A stretch of DNA of 64,000 nt from Candidatus Poribacteria bacterium (GCA_965116925.1 OZ220744.1:3360001-3424000); one strand, 5' to 3'; shown: positions 50,582 to 61,232, counted from the stretch's first letter. Notes: generated by a model not told the origin, from the letters alone. Numbers and translations are program-made.

Positions 50582-51709
50582 ATGAAAATAATGGCGATGG
50601 TACTTATGCTTTTGGTTCTATTTTTACCGAACACTTTTGCCCAAGAATACACACGGATGATTCTGCCCGAAGCTACGATTGTGCGTTTCGACCAGAGCAG
50701 TGTAATGCGGGTGCTGTATTCTCCGGACGGAGCACGGCTCGCTGTTCTGAGTGTCAACAGCCCTAAGGTGCCCATCGGTATTTGGCTCTACGACATAACG
50801 ACCTATCGAGAGGTTGTCCAGCTCGTCGGGCCAGATTGGGTCTATGGCATAGCGTTCAGCCCGGATAGCACCACGCTTGCCAGTGGTGGGAGTCGGGACG
50901 GGACGGTGTGGTTGTGGGATACCGAGACGGGTGAACAGAAGGGTAGCCTCACCGGGCATACGGAGGGGGTCACAAGCGTGGCGTTCAGTCCAGATGGCAA
51001 GACGCTTGCCAGTGGGAGTTATGACGGCACAGTGCGTTTGTGGGATGCCGAGACGTGGGAACCTAAGGGTACACTCACTAGGGATATGAGGGTAGTCTAT
51101 GACGTAGCGTTCAGTCCAGATGGCAAGACGGTCGCCGGTGGGAATTGGGACGGCACGGTGCGATTGTGGGATGCCGAGACGGGTGAACAGAAGGGTAAAC
51201 TCACTGGACATACGACAGCGGTCTATAGCGTCGTGTTCAGCCCAGATGGCAAGACGCTTGCCGGTAGAAGTGAGGCAAATACGCTGTGGCTGTGGGACAC
51301 CGAGATGGGTAAACCTAAGGGTACACCCACCGAGAGGATCTCAAGGGTAGTGTTCAGTCCAGATGGCAAGACGCTTGCCGGTGGTAGTTATGACCATACG
51401 GTGCGATTATGGGATGTCAAAACAGGTGAACCTAAGGGTACACTCACCGGTCATAGGCACACGGTCAATAGCGTAGCGTTCAGTCCAGATGGCAAGACAT
51501 TTGCCAGTAGTGGTAGTTATGACCATACGGTGCGGTTGTGGGATGCCGAGACGTGGGAACCTAAGGGCACACTCAACGGGCATACAGAGAGGGTCATAGA
51601 CATCACGTTCAGTCCATGGGTCACAGGCGTAGCGTTCAGTCCAGATGGCAAGACGCTTGCCAGTGGGAGCACGGACGGGACGCTGCGGTTGTGGAAAGTC
51701 CCTGATTAA
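50582..51709 (+). CDS. Secreted WD40-repeat protein
   Basis: Signal peptide; GHT..V.SVAFSPDGKTLASGS.DGTVRLWD repeats. Confidence 0.93.
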   Translation: MKIMAMVLMLLVLFLPNTFAQEYTRMILPEATIVRFDQSSVMRVLYSPDGARLAVLSVNSPKVPIGIWLYDITTYREVVQLVGPDWVYGIAFSPDSTTLASGGSRDGTVWLWDTETGEQKGSLTGHTEGVTSVAFSPDGKTLASGSYDGTVRLWDAETWEPKGTLTRDMRVVYDVAFSPDGKTVAGGNWDGTVRLWDAETGEQKGKLTGHTTAVYSVVFSPDGKTLAGRSEANTLWLWDTEMGKPKGTPTERISRVVFSPDGKTLAGGSYDHTVRLWDVKTGEPKGTLTGHRHTVNSVAFSPDGKTFASSGSYDHTVRLWDAETWEPKGTLNGHTERVIDITFSPWVTGVAFSPDGKTLASGSTDGTLRLWKVPD

Positions 51710-51757
51710 ACCGCCAAGTCTGGTAGGGGGCGTACCCTCCGAATCCCGACTCCTAAT

Positions 51758-51935
51758 GTAGCGCAAACTGTATGCAATTAAAAAAATAATTCGGTAATTC
51801 TACGACGGACGATTCTCAATCAAGAAGTGGCTCTAACCTTGTAAATCCTTGAATTCCTGTAAATTCTGATCCAGACAATCAATACCACACATTACCGAAT
51901 TAATAAATCAATCTTCATACAGATTGTGGTACAAA
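51758..51935. mobile_element. REP A with a B-type TIR element (51772-51918) replacing its centre
   Basis: GTAGCGCAAACTGT[ATG...CTTCAT]ACAGATTGTGGTACAA. Confidence 0.7.
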
Positions 51936-51974
51936 GGAATATTTTATGGAAATAATTTAATGAAAGGAGGCACT

Positions 51975-53171
51975 ATGAACCGCGTCGCACCAGAACTGAC
52001 AGACGTGCACCATATCAAACTCTGCTACAGCAAAGGCACCTACTGCGGGCATCCTCGACAATGTCCAATCTACAATTACGGGGACGGCGAAATTGTCGTA
52101 ATCCACCACCATGCACCCGCCACCTATCAAACAAAAGAAAACATCCGGCACGGTCAAACCGGCTACAAAGGTCGGGCGAAGATCTTGCTTCAGCGATCGT
52201 ACGATCACGGTCAGACCTGGTCCCACGAAAACGAGGTGGTGATCTGGGACGACTCACGCCCTTTGGAGGAGAAACGCGCCATCTTGTGGCAGGCTGATGA
52301 ACCGGGGATTACCCGCGAACAAATCGACCTCGCTAGCCCGGACGCAGCGATCTACTTCCCGCGTCCACAGACGGGTCCCGCAGATGCCGACGGACATCCG
52401 ACGCTGGAATGCTTTGCCTTCCGTTCCGCCGATCGGGGGCACACATGGGAGACCATTCCGACGCGAGTGGCACCACCGCCGCCGCTCAAGTATGTCCATG
52501 TGGACGGAGCGCCCTTGGTACAGTTTGCCGACGGCACACAGATGGTAGCGGCGACCTTCGGACCAAGTGCTAATGACAACTTCGTGGGGATATACGGCAC
52601 CGACGACAACGGTTTGTCTTGGGAATATTTAGGGGAAGTCGCTCGCGATCCCACCGGTCTAGGACGACCGACCTACGCGAACTTACTGCTGCTGCCGAGC
52701 GGACGGTTGCAGTGCTATACCCTCAACATCGGCGGCCTCCGGAACGCAATCCAGATGGCGTATTCTGACGATGGCGGATACAGTTGGAGCGAACCGAAAC
52801 CGATTGTAGCGTGGGGGCAGTCACCGTGGACGGCGGCACGTCGTGAGGAGTACATCTGGGAAGGAGCAAGACGGAACGGTGTCCACTACCGCTCACCTTG
52901 GTCGCTGCGGCTGCGTGACGGGCGGATTGTGGTGCTGTTTGGTCGGCGGAAAGCACCATTTGGAATCGGCGTCATCGTCAGTGAGGACGACGGGGATTCT
53001 TGGTCGGCTGAGGGGATCGTCCGTGCGGACGCCAGTGATTGGGATCTTGGCTACCCCGTCGCCACGGAACTTGACGATGGCCGTATTTTTACCGCTTACT
53101 ACTACATGGAGAAAGACGGGGGCAACTTCGGCGGCGTACGCCATATCGCAGGCAGTTTCTTCCACTTGTGA
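51975..53171 (+). CDS. BNR/Asp-box (sialidase-like) beta-propeller protein
   Basis: SYDHGQTW, SADRGHTW, TDDNGLSW, SDDGGYSW, SEDDGDSW; AGGAGG RBS. Confidence 0.85.
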   Translation: MNRVAPELTDVHHIKLCYSKGTYCGHPRQCPIYNYGDGEIVVIHHHAPATYQTKENIRHGQTGYKGRAKILLQRSYDHGQTWSHENEVVIWDDSRPLEEKRAILWQADEPGITREQIDLASPDAAIYFPRPQTGPADADGHPTLECFAFRSADRGHTWETIPTRVAPPPPLKYVHVDGAPLVQFADGTQMVAATFGPSANDNFVGIYGTDDNGLSWEYLGEVARDPTGLGRPTYANLLLLPSGRLQCYTLNIGGLRNAIQMAYSDDGGYSWSEPKPIVAWGQSPWTAARREEYIWEGARRNGVHYRSPWSLRLRDGRIVVLFGRRKAPFGIGVIVSEDDGDSWSAEGIVRADASDWDLGYPVATELDDGRIFTAYYYMEKDGGNFGGVRHIAGSFFHL

Positions 53172-53478
53172 TAGAACGTGAAACGTGATGCGTGAAACGT
53201 GAAAAATGTAGTGTGTCCCGTCCTAAATAGGGTTGGCATGAGCGAGATAAAACTTTCCCATTTTTCCCGCGAAAATGCAAACTTTCCCATTTTTCCCGTC
53301 AAAATGGGGAAATTGTCCCTATTTCAGCATGAAGCGTTTTGTCATCAACCGTCGGTTGTATCACAAACAGATACAAACAATTACATTTCTATAGTCGAGA
53401 ATTGTTCCCTACAACGTGAAGCGTGAAACGTGAAACGTGACAAATGAACTAGTGAACTAATGAACCAAAAACAGGAGG

Positions 53479-55269
53479 TTGCAAATGGAGACACAAACAA
53501 TTGACCGAATTGGCGACGGTTGGTTGAGCCAACAGCCCATCTATCGAACGGATCTGGATCGCTGCACCCCCGCAGACGCGCTTGCCACAGAACCCCGTCT
53601 GCGTCGCTGGCGGACGTTGACTTACGAGATCGACTCGCTATCCGGCACCATGTTGCTAGCAGGACCGGAAACGGCGGCACCCACTATCACCTATCCGTTG
53701 AACCTTCGCGGTTTATACGCGGTGTCCGTTGGCGTCTTGCCGATTACAAGTTCCGAAGAAGGGCACCAGCTGGCAGTGCTTCTCAAACGCAGCGGAGCTG
53801 AGACATTTACAGCCCTCACGCTGCCGCCGCAAAGCGATGGCGGACCCCACCATCATGAGATCGTCGAGATGTTCTGGCGGATCACTGACCTGACAGGTCA
53901 CGATTTGCAGATTGGGCAGATTAGCGCACGGGTGGCACCCGGTGATAATGCCGGTTCGTTTGAGTGTGCGCCGGCGCGGGTGGCTTACTTCAAACTTATA
54001 CCCTTGACAGATGCGGAAGCACGCGCCTTTCAATCAGATCAGCAAAGTTCTGATACCAAGCGGTTGTTCGCTCACAATGATGCCCATGGACCGCACTACC
54101 AGTATCGTTTGACGACTCCTGACCATGTGAGGCGCGAGATTGAGCCGTATCGCGACACAGATTTCTCGCGCATCTATTGGGAGGCAGGGGGCGGCGACCA
54201 GACCTCATATCTCAGTCAGATTGGGCGGCGGCACACGATTGATCTCGGCGATTTCGGTCGGCGTGGGGATCGGCTGCACGTAGAAAGTTGGCATGAGTTT
54301 GAAAGACAGGGGATAGATCCATTCGATGTCGCGCTTGAGCATACACACGAGATCGGGCTTCAGTTTCACGCCAGTTATCGGGTGGCTGGTTTCCATTACC
54401 CACCGCCGCTTGACCATTTCAATACAGGCGATACCTTCTATAAGAGACATCCGGAGTGGCGCGGTGTAGACCGGACGGGTCGGCACACGCCACGAATGGC
54501 ATACAGCTTTCCAGAGGTTCGCCGGTTCGTTATCTCGTTGCTTCGCGAGATGGCACAACGACCGATCGATGGCGTCTGCCTGCTCTACAACCGCCGAATG
54601 CCTTTGGTGGAGTACGAGCCACTAATCGTAGAGGGGTTCAAGGGGCAGTTCGGCGACGACCCGCACCAATTAGACCCGGACGATCCGCGCTGGCTGTCGT
54701 ATCGAGCGGGCGTTCTGACGGAGTTCATGCGAGAGGTTCGTGCCGCGATGGATCAAGAGGGGCACGCACAGGGGCGTAGCAAACGTATCGAAATATCGGC
54801 GATCGTCGGCGGCACTGAGCGGGAGAACCTCATCAACGGGATGGACTTGGCGGCATGGATAGGCGAAGGTTTGGTGGACACGCTCATCCCCTATACGTCA
54901 GGACCGAACTACGACAGCAGCGTGACGGCTTGGACGGATCCGAAACAACTTGAGCACTTCGTTGATCTGGTTCGCGGAACATCATGTGTGCTTGCGCCAA
55001 ATCTCATGCCGCGCCACATGACACCGGAGGAGTTTCGACGACGTGCCGCAACAGTCTATAGTGCCGGTGCTGAGCACATGTTCTTTTGGGATTGTGCGGG
55101 GGGATCGGGACGCGCCAACTGCCGCGATATGTGGAACGCACTACGGCGGCTCGGCCATCGGGACGAGATCGATGCGTGGCGAGCGTCAGGCGAGTCAGAC
55201 CTGTCGAACCCGCGCATGGATCTACGTAAACTCGGCGATTGGGATCTGTCTTACGTCACGCCCGGATAG
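53479..55269 (+). CDS. Glycoside hydrolase-like TIM-barrel protein (GHL10-like)
   Basis: DPFDVALEHTHEIGLQFHASYR, FYKRHPEW, YSFPEVR, DGVCL. Confidence 0.65.
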   Translation: MQMETQTIDRIGDGWLSQQPIYRTDLDRCTPADALATEPRLRRWRTLTYEIDSLSGTMLLAGPETAAPTITYPLNLRGLYAVSVGVLPITSSEEGHQLAVLLKRSGAETFTALTLPPQSDGGPHHHEIVEMFWRITDLTGHDLQIGQISARVAPGDNAGSFECAPARVAYFKLIPLTDAEARAFQSDQQSSDTKRLFAHNDAHGPHYQYRLTTPDHVRREIEPYRDTDFSRIYWEAGGGDQTSYLSQIGRRHTIDLGDFGRRGDRLHVESWHEFERQGIDPFDVALEHTHEIGLQFHASYRVAGFHYPPPLDHFNTGDTFYKRHPEWRGVDRTGRHTPRMAYSFPEVRRFVISLLREMAQRPIDGVCLLYNRRMPLVEYEPLIVEGFKGQFGDDPHQLDPDDPRWLSYRAGVLTEFMREVRAAMDQEGHAQGRSKRIEISAIVGGTERENLINGMDLAAWIGEGLVDTLIPYTSGPNYDSSVTAWTDPKQLEHFVDLVRGTSCVLAPNLMPRHMTPEEFRRRAATVYSAGAEHMFFWDCAGGSGRANCRDMWNALRRLGHRDEIDAWRASGESDLSNPRMDLRKLGDWDLSYVTPG

Positions 55270-55557
55270 TTCAGGGCGATTTTCTTATCCTAGCCCAAGT
55301 GTTTTGGGCAGGCACAAGCCCCACGCTCAACCTGCCCTCACATTGGATTGATTCCTGTAGGGGCAATCCCTTGTGGTTGCCCTGTTGTAGGTCGATTTTC
55401 CAAAATCGACATTCTTTCGTAGGCATCCCGATACATTGGGAGGATCATAGCGTATGAGGAGGTCGAGATATGAATCTCGACCTACAGACTGTATAGGGTA
55501 TGTTGACATTTTGATGTTGCTAATTCGGCAAACGCTGTAATCATTGGGTAATGTACC

Positions 55558-55735
55558 AAATGTAGCGCGAACTGTTAGTTTGCGAGATGGATCACAATCT
55601 AAATGAAGATTAATTTATTAATTGGGTAATTTCCGAGCGATGTCCGGTGCGGTTGGAAACCGCACCTACCGGGTCTGGGGAAATATAGAATTACCCGTTT
55701 AATTTCTTAAAACCCATACAGATTGTGGCACAAAA
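55558..55735. mobile_element. REP A with element B (55603-55717) inserted
   Basis: CACAATCTAA[ATGAAG...CCCAT]ACAGATTGTG. Confidence 0.8.
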
Positions 55736-56401
55736 TCACAGACATACAGCAAATTGTAAAATCAACTCAACCCGCCTGATTTTATCCTATCATTCCTTTA
55801 ATGGTCGTATCCTCTTGGCTCCGGTTAAAATCTCCTCAGAAATCTTAGACATTCTTGAAAAAGAGTTGAGACCGTGATATGATAACCCAAGTTTCTCAGG
55901 CGTATCGACATTTATATGAGGTGTATCCGTAATTCAAGGCCTGGTATTGCTGGATACTGATGTTTACCCAATCGTAGGATCTTTTTTCGTAGGGGCGAGG
56001 TTTCCTCGCCCAATGGGTTGGGAGACCCAACCCCTACGCATTCAACAGGTGTCCAGACAGTTTTTTCGCAGATGGAACACTCTCGGAATAGAGACATATT
56101 ATTCCTCTTTAGCCTCAGCGGGGCGATATGTATATAGCAAACTAGTTGTTGTTCTGGTGTTTGTCTGAATCGTGAGACGAAGCGTAATAGGTAATGCGGG
56201 CATCGCAGATTAGGCAATCTGCGCCACGATTGGCATCATTTGCACGACTACTGGGATTCTATAACATAAACCAAGTCGTTAGAATCAGACAGAAACCGAG
56301 TTTTGAAGAAAAAACTCGGTTTACAGTGCTTGGTCTATCAACTAGCAACTTGCGTTAATATACAAGATTCACCATCTCAATGTACCAATGAACTAACGAA
56401 C

Positions 56402-56699
56402 TGTAGTGGATCTTAGAATTAATGAGACACTCCAAACCGGTGCGGTTGCATGAAGTTTAATTTATTAGTTCGGTAATTTGCTAGCGACATCGGCGCGGTT
56501 GAATGAAAATTAAAAAAATAATTCGGTAATTTGCTAGCGATGCCGGCGCGGTTGAAAACCGCGCCTACCGTATGTTTCGAGGCAAATCGGGATTACCGAT
56601 TTAAATACTTAAACTTCATAAAACCGCGCCTACCGTGTGTTTCGAGGGAAATCGGGATTACCGATTTAAATACTTAAATCTCATCAAACCGCACCTACC
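56402..56699. mobile_element. Triple nest: B (56503-56619) inside B (56450-56684) inside a C-type element hairpin
   Basis: GGTGCGGTTGC[ATG...GGCGCGGTTGA[ATG...CAT]AAAACCGCGCC...CAT]CAAACCGCACCTAC. Confidence 0.85.
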
Positions 56700-56734
56700 A
56701 TCTCAATGAACCAACCATATAAAGGAGTATAATC

Positions 56735-57670
56735 ATGGGTCAAACAATGCGGTATTTGCCTGACGGTCGTATTGAACTTATTGGACAGGACGTGCCCGAT
56801 CCGGGTGCGAATGAGGTGCAGGTCACAGGGGGCGCGTGCGGGATCTGTTCGTGGGATTTGGTGACAGCTAAGCTGGGCGATAAGATGTCTCCCATGGCAC
56901 CGCCCGGACACGAAGGGGTCGGTTATGTGAGCAAGATCGGCGCGGAGGTCACCGGCGTGAAGGAAGGCGACCGCGTCGCAGGTGGCGGTTTTGCGACGGT
57001 GCGAAATCTGTCAGCGGAAAGGTTGTACAAGATCCCAGAATCTGCAAAGCCCGATGAACAGTGGATTGTGGAGCCTGTATCTTGTGCGGTCACGGGAGTT
57101 GATCACTGCCAGATCAGAGGTGGAGATCGGGTTGCTGTTGTCGGCTGCGGGTTCATGGGCTTACTGATTACGCAAGGTTTGCTGCACCACCCACTTGACC
57201 AACTGATCGCAATTGATGTGGTGCAGAACCGTCTGGAGGTGGCAAAGCAGTTTGGTGTGGACGAGGTGTATAACACAACCGAAGTCGATACGACTGAACT
57301 GGCGGCAGACCTGAAAGCGCGGGAGATTGATGTGGTTGTGGATACGTCGGGACATCAGGGCGGGCTGGATCTCGCCACCGATATTGTCAAGCGGGGTGGA
57401 CGGATCAATCTGTTCGGATGGCTCAAGGGCGATACTGCGACCTTTGATCCGACCAAATGGCACATGGGCGGGTTTACAGTTGTCAATTCGTCGCCATCAT
57501 CGAAGATCCGTGACACCTTTGAAGCCGCTATCCGAATGATACATAACGGCGTGTTCGATCTCGAACCGTTGGTCACGCACACGGCGACGTTGGAGGAGTA
57601 CCCGAATCTGATGCAACGGCTTGTAGCGGGCGATTCAAGCTATATTAAAGGTGTGATTACACTCGGATAG
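56735..57670 (+). CDS. Zinc-binding (MDR) dehydrogenase
   Basis: CGICSWD, GHEGVG, EPVSC, GCGFMG. Confidence 0.9.
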   Translation: MGQTMRYLPDGRIELIGQDVPDPGANEVQVTGGACGICSWDLVTAKLGDKMSPMAPPGHEGVGYVSKIGAEVTGVKEGDRVAGGGFATVRNLSAERLYKIPESAKPDEQWIVEPVSCAVTGVDHCQIRGGDRVAVVGCGFMGLLITQGLLHHPLDQLIAIDVVQNRLEVAKQFGVDEVYNTTEVDTTELAADLKAREIDVVVDTSGHQGGLDLATDIVKRGGRINLFGWLKGDTATFDPTKWHMGGFTVVNSSPSSKIRDTFEAAIRMIHNGVFDLEPLVTHTATLEEYPNLMQRLVAGDSSYIKGVITLG

Positions 57671-57961
57671 TTCGTGCCGATTTAGTTTACTAGCAGGAAT
57701 TACGCACTTCAGATTGTAGGGAACGCAGATCTGCGTTCCCTACGAATTACAAGGGCTGAATCATCATTACGAAGCGTTAACGTATCCAACTGCATAAGTC
57801 CTAACTAGTTCATTAATGAACCAATATACGTTTTGCACTTTCTTTTTACACTCATGTTAAGAAATTGTGCAACAGAAACCGAGTTTTGCCGAAAAAACTC
57901 GGTTTCTCTTCGTGTTTTGCACTTTCTTTTAACATGAACTGAATCAAAAAGGTACTATGCT

Positions 57962-59014
57962 ATGACAGCGAAGACATTTCCGAAAGTGGAGTGGGAGGTT
58001 GCTCTCCCTTCCGACGTGGGGATAGATGCTGAGAAATTGAACCTGGCCAAGGGGTGGCTCGATTCAAAGTTTGCAGATGACAGATACCGCATAGCGATTG
58101 TGCGGGACGGCTATCTCGTGGCAGAATGGACACATAATATCCTAAGTGGGGAAAAGCATCACATCGCCTCTGCCAATAAGTCGATCCTGTCCAGTATGCT
58201 CGGCATAGCGGTTGAGGAGGGCAAAATCGGAAGTGCCGACGATCTCGCTGTGGACTACTATCCTGAGCTGATGGAGGTGCCGGAGGGCGAAGGTCCCAAG
58301 GAGGGGCGGTGGGCATTTGAGGCGAATCGTGGGATGACGCTTCGACATCTGATCTGCAATGTATCGGGATATATGAAACCGGGTGAAGCACCGGGACAGG
58401 TGTTCAATTATCAGACCAACGGGATGTGTGTGCTTTCGCACTGCATCGAGAAAGCGTATGGGTTGTATGATGTCAATCGTCCGGAGGAATCACCGAAGAT
58501 TTCACCGCTTTACAAGGAGAAGATCGCTGATGTGATTGGTGCGGATTGGGAGTATAGATCGAGATCCCAACAGATGCACGATAAAGCGCGGCTCCACATC
58601 TTTGGGTGGGGTTCGGAAATTCTCACCAGTCTGCGAGCGTTGGCACGGTTGGGTTGGCTCTGGTGCAACTGGGGCAGGTGGGAAGGGAGGTCCGTAATCC
58701 CCGAAAGCTGGCTACGCGAGGCAACTGCTGTCGCGCCCGATATTCTGGCGAACAGTCCTGAGAATATGTGGCGGTACGGACACGGATTTTGGACAAATCA
58801 AAAGGGCAAACTCTGGCACGATCTGCCAAGAGAGGGGTATGCCGCTTGGGGTGCGGGTGGGCATTATGTGGTTGTGTTTCCGAGCTACGAACTTGTCGTA
58901 GTGATGAATCCCACGCCCTATCCGGGATCGTCGCAGCCTTACGAGACGCATACCGTCACATGGTTACAGCAGCAAGAGGTTTTGAGGCTGATCCTCGATG
59001 CGTGTGAAGCGTGA
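57962..59014 (+). CDS. Serine hydrolase, beta-lactamase/AmpC-like family
   Basis: SANK (SxxK), TLRHLI, FNYQT, GAGG. Confidence 0.85.
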   Translation: MTAKTFPKVEWEVALPSDVGIDAEKLNLAKGWLDSKFADDRYRIAIVRDGYLVAEWTHNILSGEKHHIASANKSILSSMLGIAVEEGKIGSADDLAVDYYPELMEVPEGEGPKEGRWAFEANRGMTLRHLICNVSGYMKPGEAPGQVFNYQTNGMCVLSHCIEKAYGLYDVNRPEESPKISPLYKEKIADVIGADWEYRSRSQQMHDKARLHIFGWGSEILTSLRALARLGWLWCNWGRWEGRSVIPESWLREATAVAPDILANSPENMWRYGHGFWTNQKGKLWHDLPREGYAAWGAGGHYVVVFPSYELVVVMNPTPYPGSSQPYETHTVTWLQQQEVLRLILDACEA

Positions 59015-59094
59015 AACGTGAAACGTAACGCACTAAGTAGATACTGATTTACTGCACAAGAAACGGATTAAGTATTTAGCCAGTGGATAAATGC

Positions 59095-59427
59095 TTAATC
59101 TGAATCCTTACTTTTACGATCTGGTATAAGCTTATTCAGAATCAATCGAATGTCCGCTCGAATCTCATCAAATCGTCTATCAATAGCATCAAATCGTCTA
59201 TCAATAGCATCAAATCGTTTATCGATAGTCTCAAATCGCCTATCGATAGTCTCAAATCGTCTATCAACAGCCTCGAATTGTTTATCAACAGCCCCGAATC
59301 GTCTATTAACATCATTACGGAAATCATCAATGCGTTTGTTGGTTTGTCGGTTGACATATATCACAATGCCCCCAACACCAACAACAATTGACACGATGAT
59401 TGTAAGTGTCTGTCCCCAATCATTCAT
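59095..59427 (-). CDS. Membrane-anchored coiled-coil protein with heptad tandem repeats
   Basis: TM helix then DRRFxAI/DRRFETI 7-aa (21-bp) repeats; AGGAGG RBS. Confidence 0.8.
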   Translation of the reverse strand: MNDWGQTLTIIVSIVVGVGGIVIYVNRQTNKRIDDFRNDVNRRFGAVDKQFEAVDRRFETIDRRFETIDKRFDAIDRRFDAIDRRFDEIRADIRLILNKLIPDRKSKDSD

Positions 59428-59711
59428 GTGTTTACCTCCTTATTAACTTTAACAATATACATCAATTATATCCTACTGTCAAGAACAAAGATAAGTCCAC
59501 TTCTAGTGTCGTAGGTTGGGTTGAACGACAGTGAAACCCAACATCGTTGGTTGAAGTCCTAACTCCGTTGGGTTTCACTCAAATCTATTTATAAGTAAAG
59601 TATTGTTGAAAGACGAGACCGTTATTTTCTTTGATAGGGATTGGGGTAGAACCGTTCAACCCAACCTACGGGCTCGATGCGTGTGAAACGTAATGCGTAA
59701 AACGTGAATGA

Positions 59712-59822
59712 ACTATAGTAGATTTTAGAATTAATGAGACACTCAAAATCGGCGCAGTTGGAAACAGCGCCTACCAAGCATGGGGAGCGAAAGTGTTTAT
59801 TTATTTTTTGAATTCACTATAA
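59712..59822. mobile_element. Miniature element C
   Basis: Same ends and hairpin as 45201-45310. Confidence 0.78.
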
Positions 59823-59857
59823 TGAACCAATGAACCAGCAGAATGAGGAGGTTAGCG

Positions 59858-61054
59858 ATGACCGAATCAAGGAAGCGAGAGCTACAAGCAGAACTAGATA
59901 GCATGACCGTCCATCAAGAAACGCGGGTTGGGTGGGATGAAAATACGCCGCCCAATGAAACCTTAGATCAATATGGCAACCTCTTGGCGAGAAATCGGGG
60001 GGTGGTGCCGGTGCCGGACAATCGATCCCCCAAGCGTCGGGTGTACGATGATCCGAGCGTCGAGGCACTACGGGCACACCTCCGAGAACATAACGGGATT
60101 CGCGGTCTCGAAATCTGCGACCCCAGCGAGGTAGAGCGTGCCGCTCGGATTTTCCGTCGAGACGGCTTCGTGGTGGTGCGCGATCTGCTCAACGCGGAAC
60201 AGCTAGCGACTTGGAGGGCAGGCTGCGCCGAGGCACTGAAACAGATCTTGGAAACCCCCGGTCCGGGAGAGCGGAAATATATGACCGAAACCGGACGGCT
60301 GCCACACCGATACAGCTACGGCACCTGTTCCGCTTCGAGGCAGATGCTCCACCATCCCGCCTGGGCGCATATGATCGACCTGCCGACGACCACGCCCATT
60401 GTCACGGAGATCTTCGGTTCTTCCGATTACCGCGTTTGGGGTTCTGGTGGCGATCTCTGTCTGCCCGGCGCAGTCGAATATCAACACCTCCACTCCGACG
60501 GCAGAGACGGACAGCACCTCTCAGAGGCGCGCATCGAGCAGGCACGACGGGTGGGGGTTGAGTTCGATACCGACAGCTCGGGCAACTTGGATGTGCCGAC
60601 AATCAAGTTGATTATGGAGATGACACCGCCGACGGTAACCATCAACTTCTTGATGGCGGACCTCACGTGGGAGAACGGTCCAATTCGTCAGATTCCGGGG
60701 ACGCATACCGCGCAGCAGCCACCACCGATAACCGACGATGAACCCGATTGGATGCGACATTCAACGCTCGTCGGTGCCCCCGCGGGTGCCGGTGTTTTCC
60801 GCGATAACCGAGCGTGGCACGGTGCAACCCCCAATCTGTCCAAAGAGGTCAGGTCGCTGCCAAACGTCGAGTATGCCGCCCCGTGGCGCACGCGGGACGG
60901 GTTTAAGGTGGTCATGCCCCATGAGATGTGGGAAACAATGACACCGCACGGCAAGAAATTGTGCGACTGGATCAAGGCGGAGCCGGGCGTTTGGCCCCCC
61001 GGTGCCGGTATCATGCACCCGCTCGCAGGTGCGCGCGAAGAGGCAGCAAAGTGA
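59858..61054 (+). CDS. PhyH-family Fe(II)/2-oxoglutarate dioxygenase
   Basis: FRRDGFVVV, LHSD, QIPGTH, AWHGATPN. Confidence 0.88.
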   Translation: MTESRKRELQAELDSMTVHQETRVGWDENTPPNETLDQYGNLLARNRGVVPVPDNRSPKRRVYDDPSVEALRAHLREHNGIRGLEICDPSEVERAARIFRRDGFVVVRDLLNAEQLATWRAGCAEALKQILETPGPGERKYMTETGRLPHRYSYGTCSASRQMLHHPAWAHMIDLPTTTPIVTEIFGSSDYRVWGSGGDLCLPGAVEYQHLHSDGRDGQHLSEARIEQARRVGVEFDTDSSGNLDVPTIKLIMEMTPPTVTINFLMADLTWENGPIRQIPGTHTAQQPPPITDDEPDWMRHSTLVGAPAGAGVFRDNRAWHGATPNLSKEVRSLPNVEYAAPWRTRDGFKVVMPHEMWETMTPHGKKLCDWIKAEPGVWPPGAGIMHPLAGAREEAAK

Positions 61055-61232
61055 GTGATGCGTGAAACGTGAATCAACTGATGCACTAATGAACTTGGTT
61101 CATATCAAAAGAAAGTGCAAAATGCAAAGAGAAACCGAGTCTTTTCGGAAGTACGGGCGGGGTAACCCCGCCCCTACGGTTTCTTTGCACTATTTCTTAA
61201 CATGAGCCATGAACTTATTTAGGAGGCAACCC

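Noticed and set aside
50850..51700. CRISPR-like regularly spaced repeats (GTTCAGTCCAGATGGCAAGAC)
   Set aside because: They are in-frame WD40 coding repeats; no cas genes.
59160..59320. Tandem repeat array as CRISPR or ncRNA
   Set aside because: 21-bp units without spacers, encoding a heptad coiled coil.
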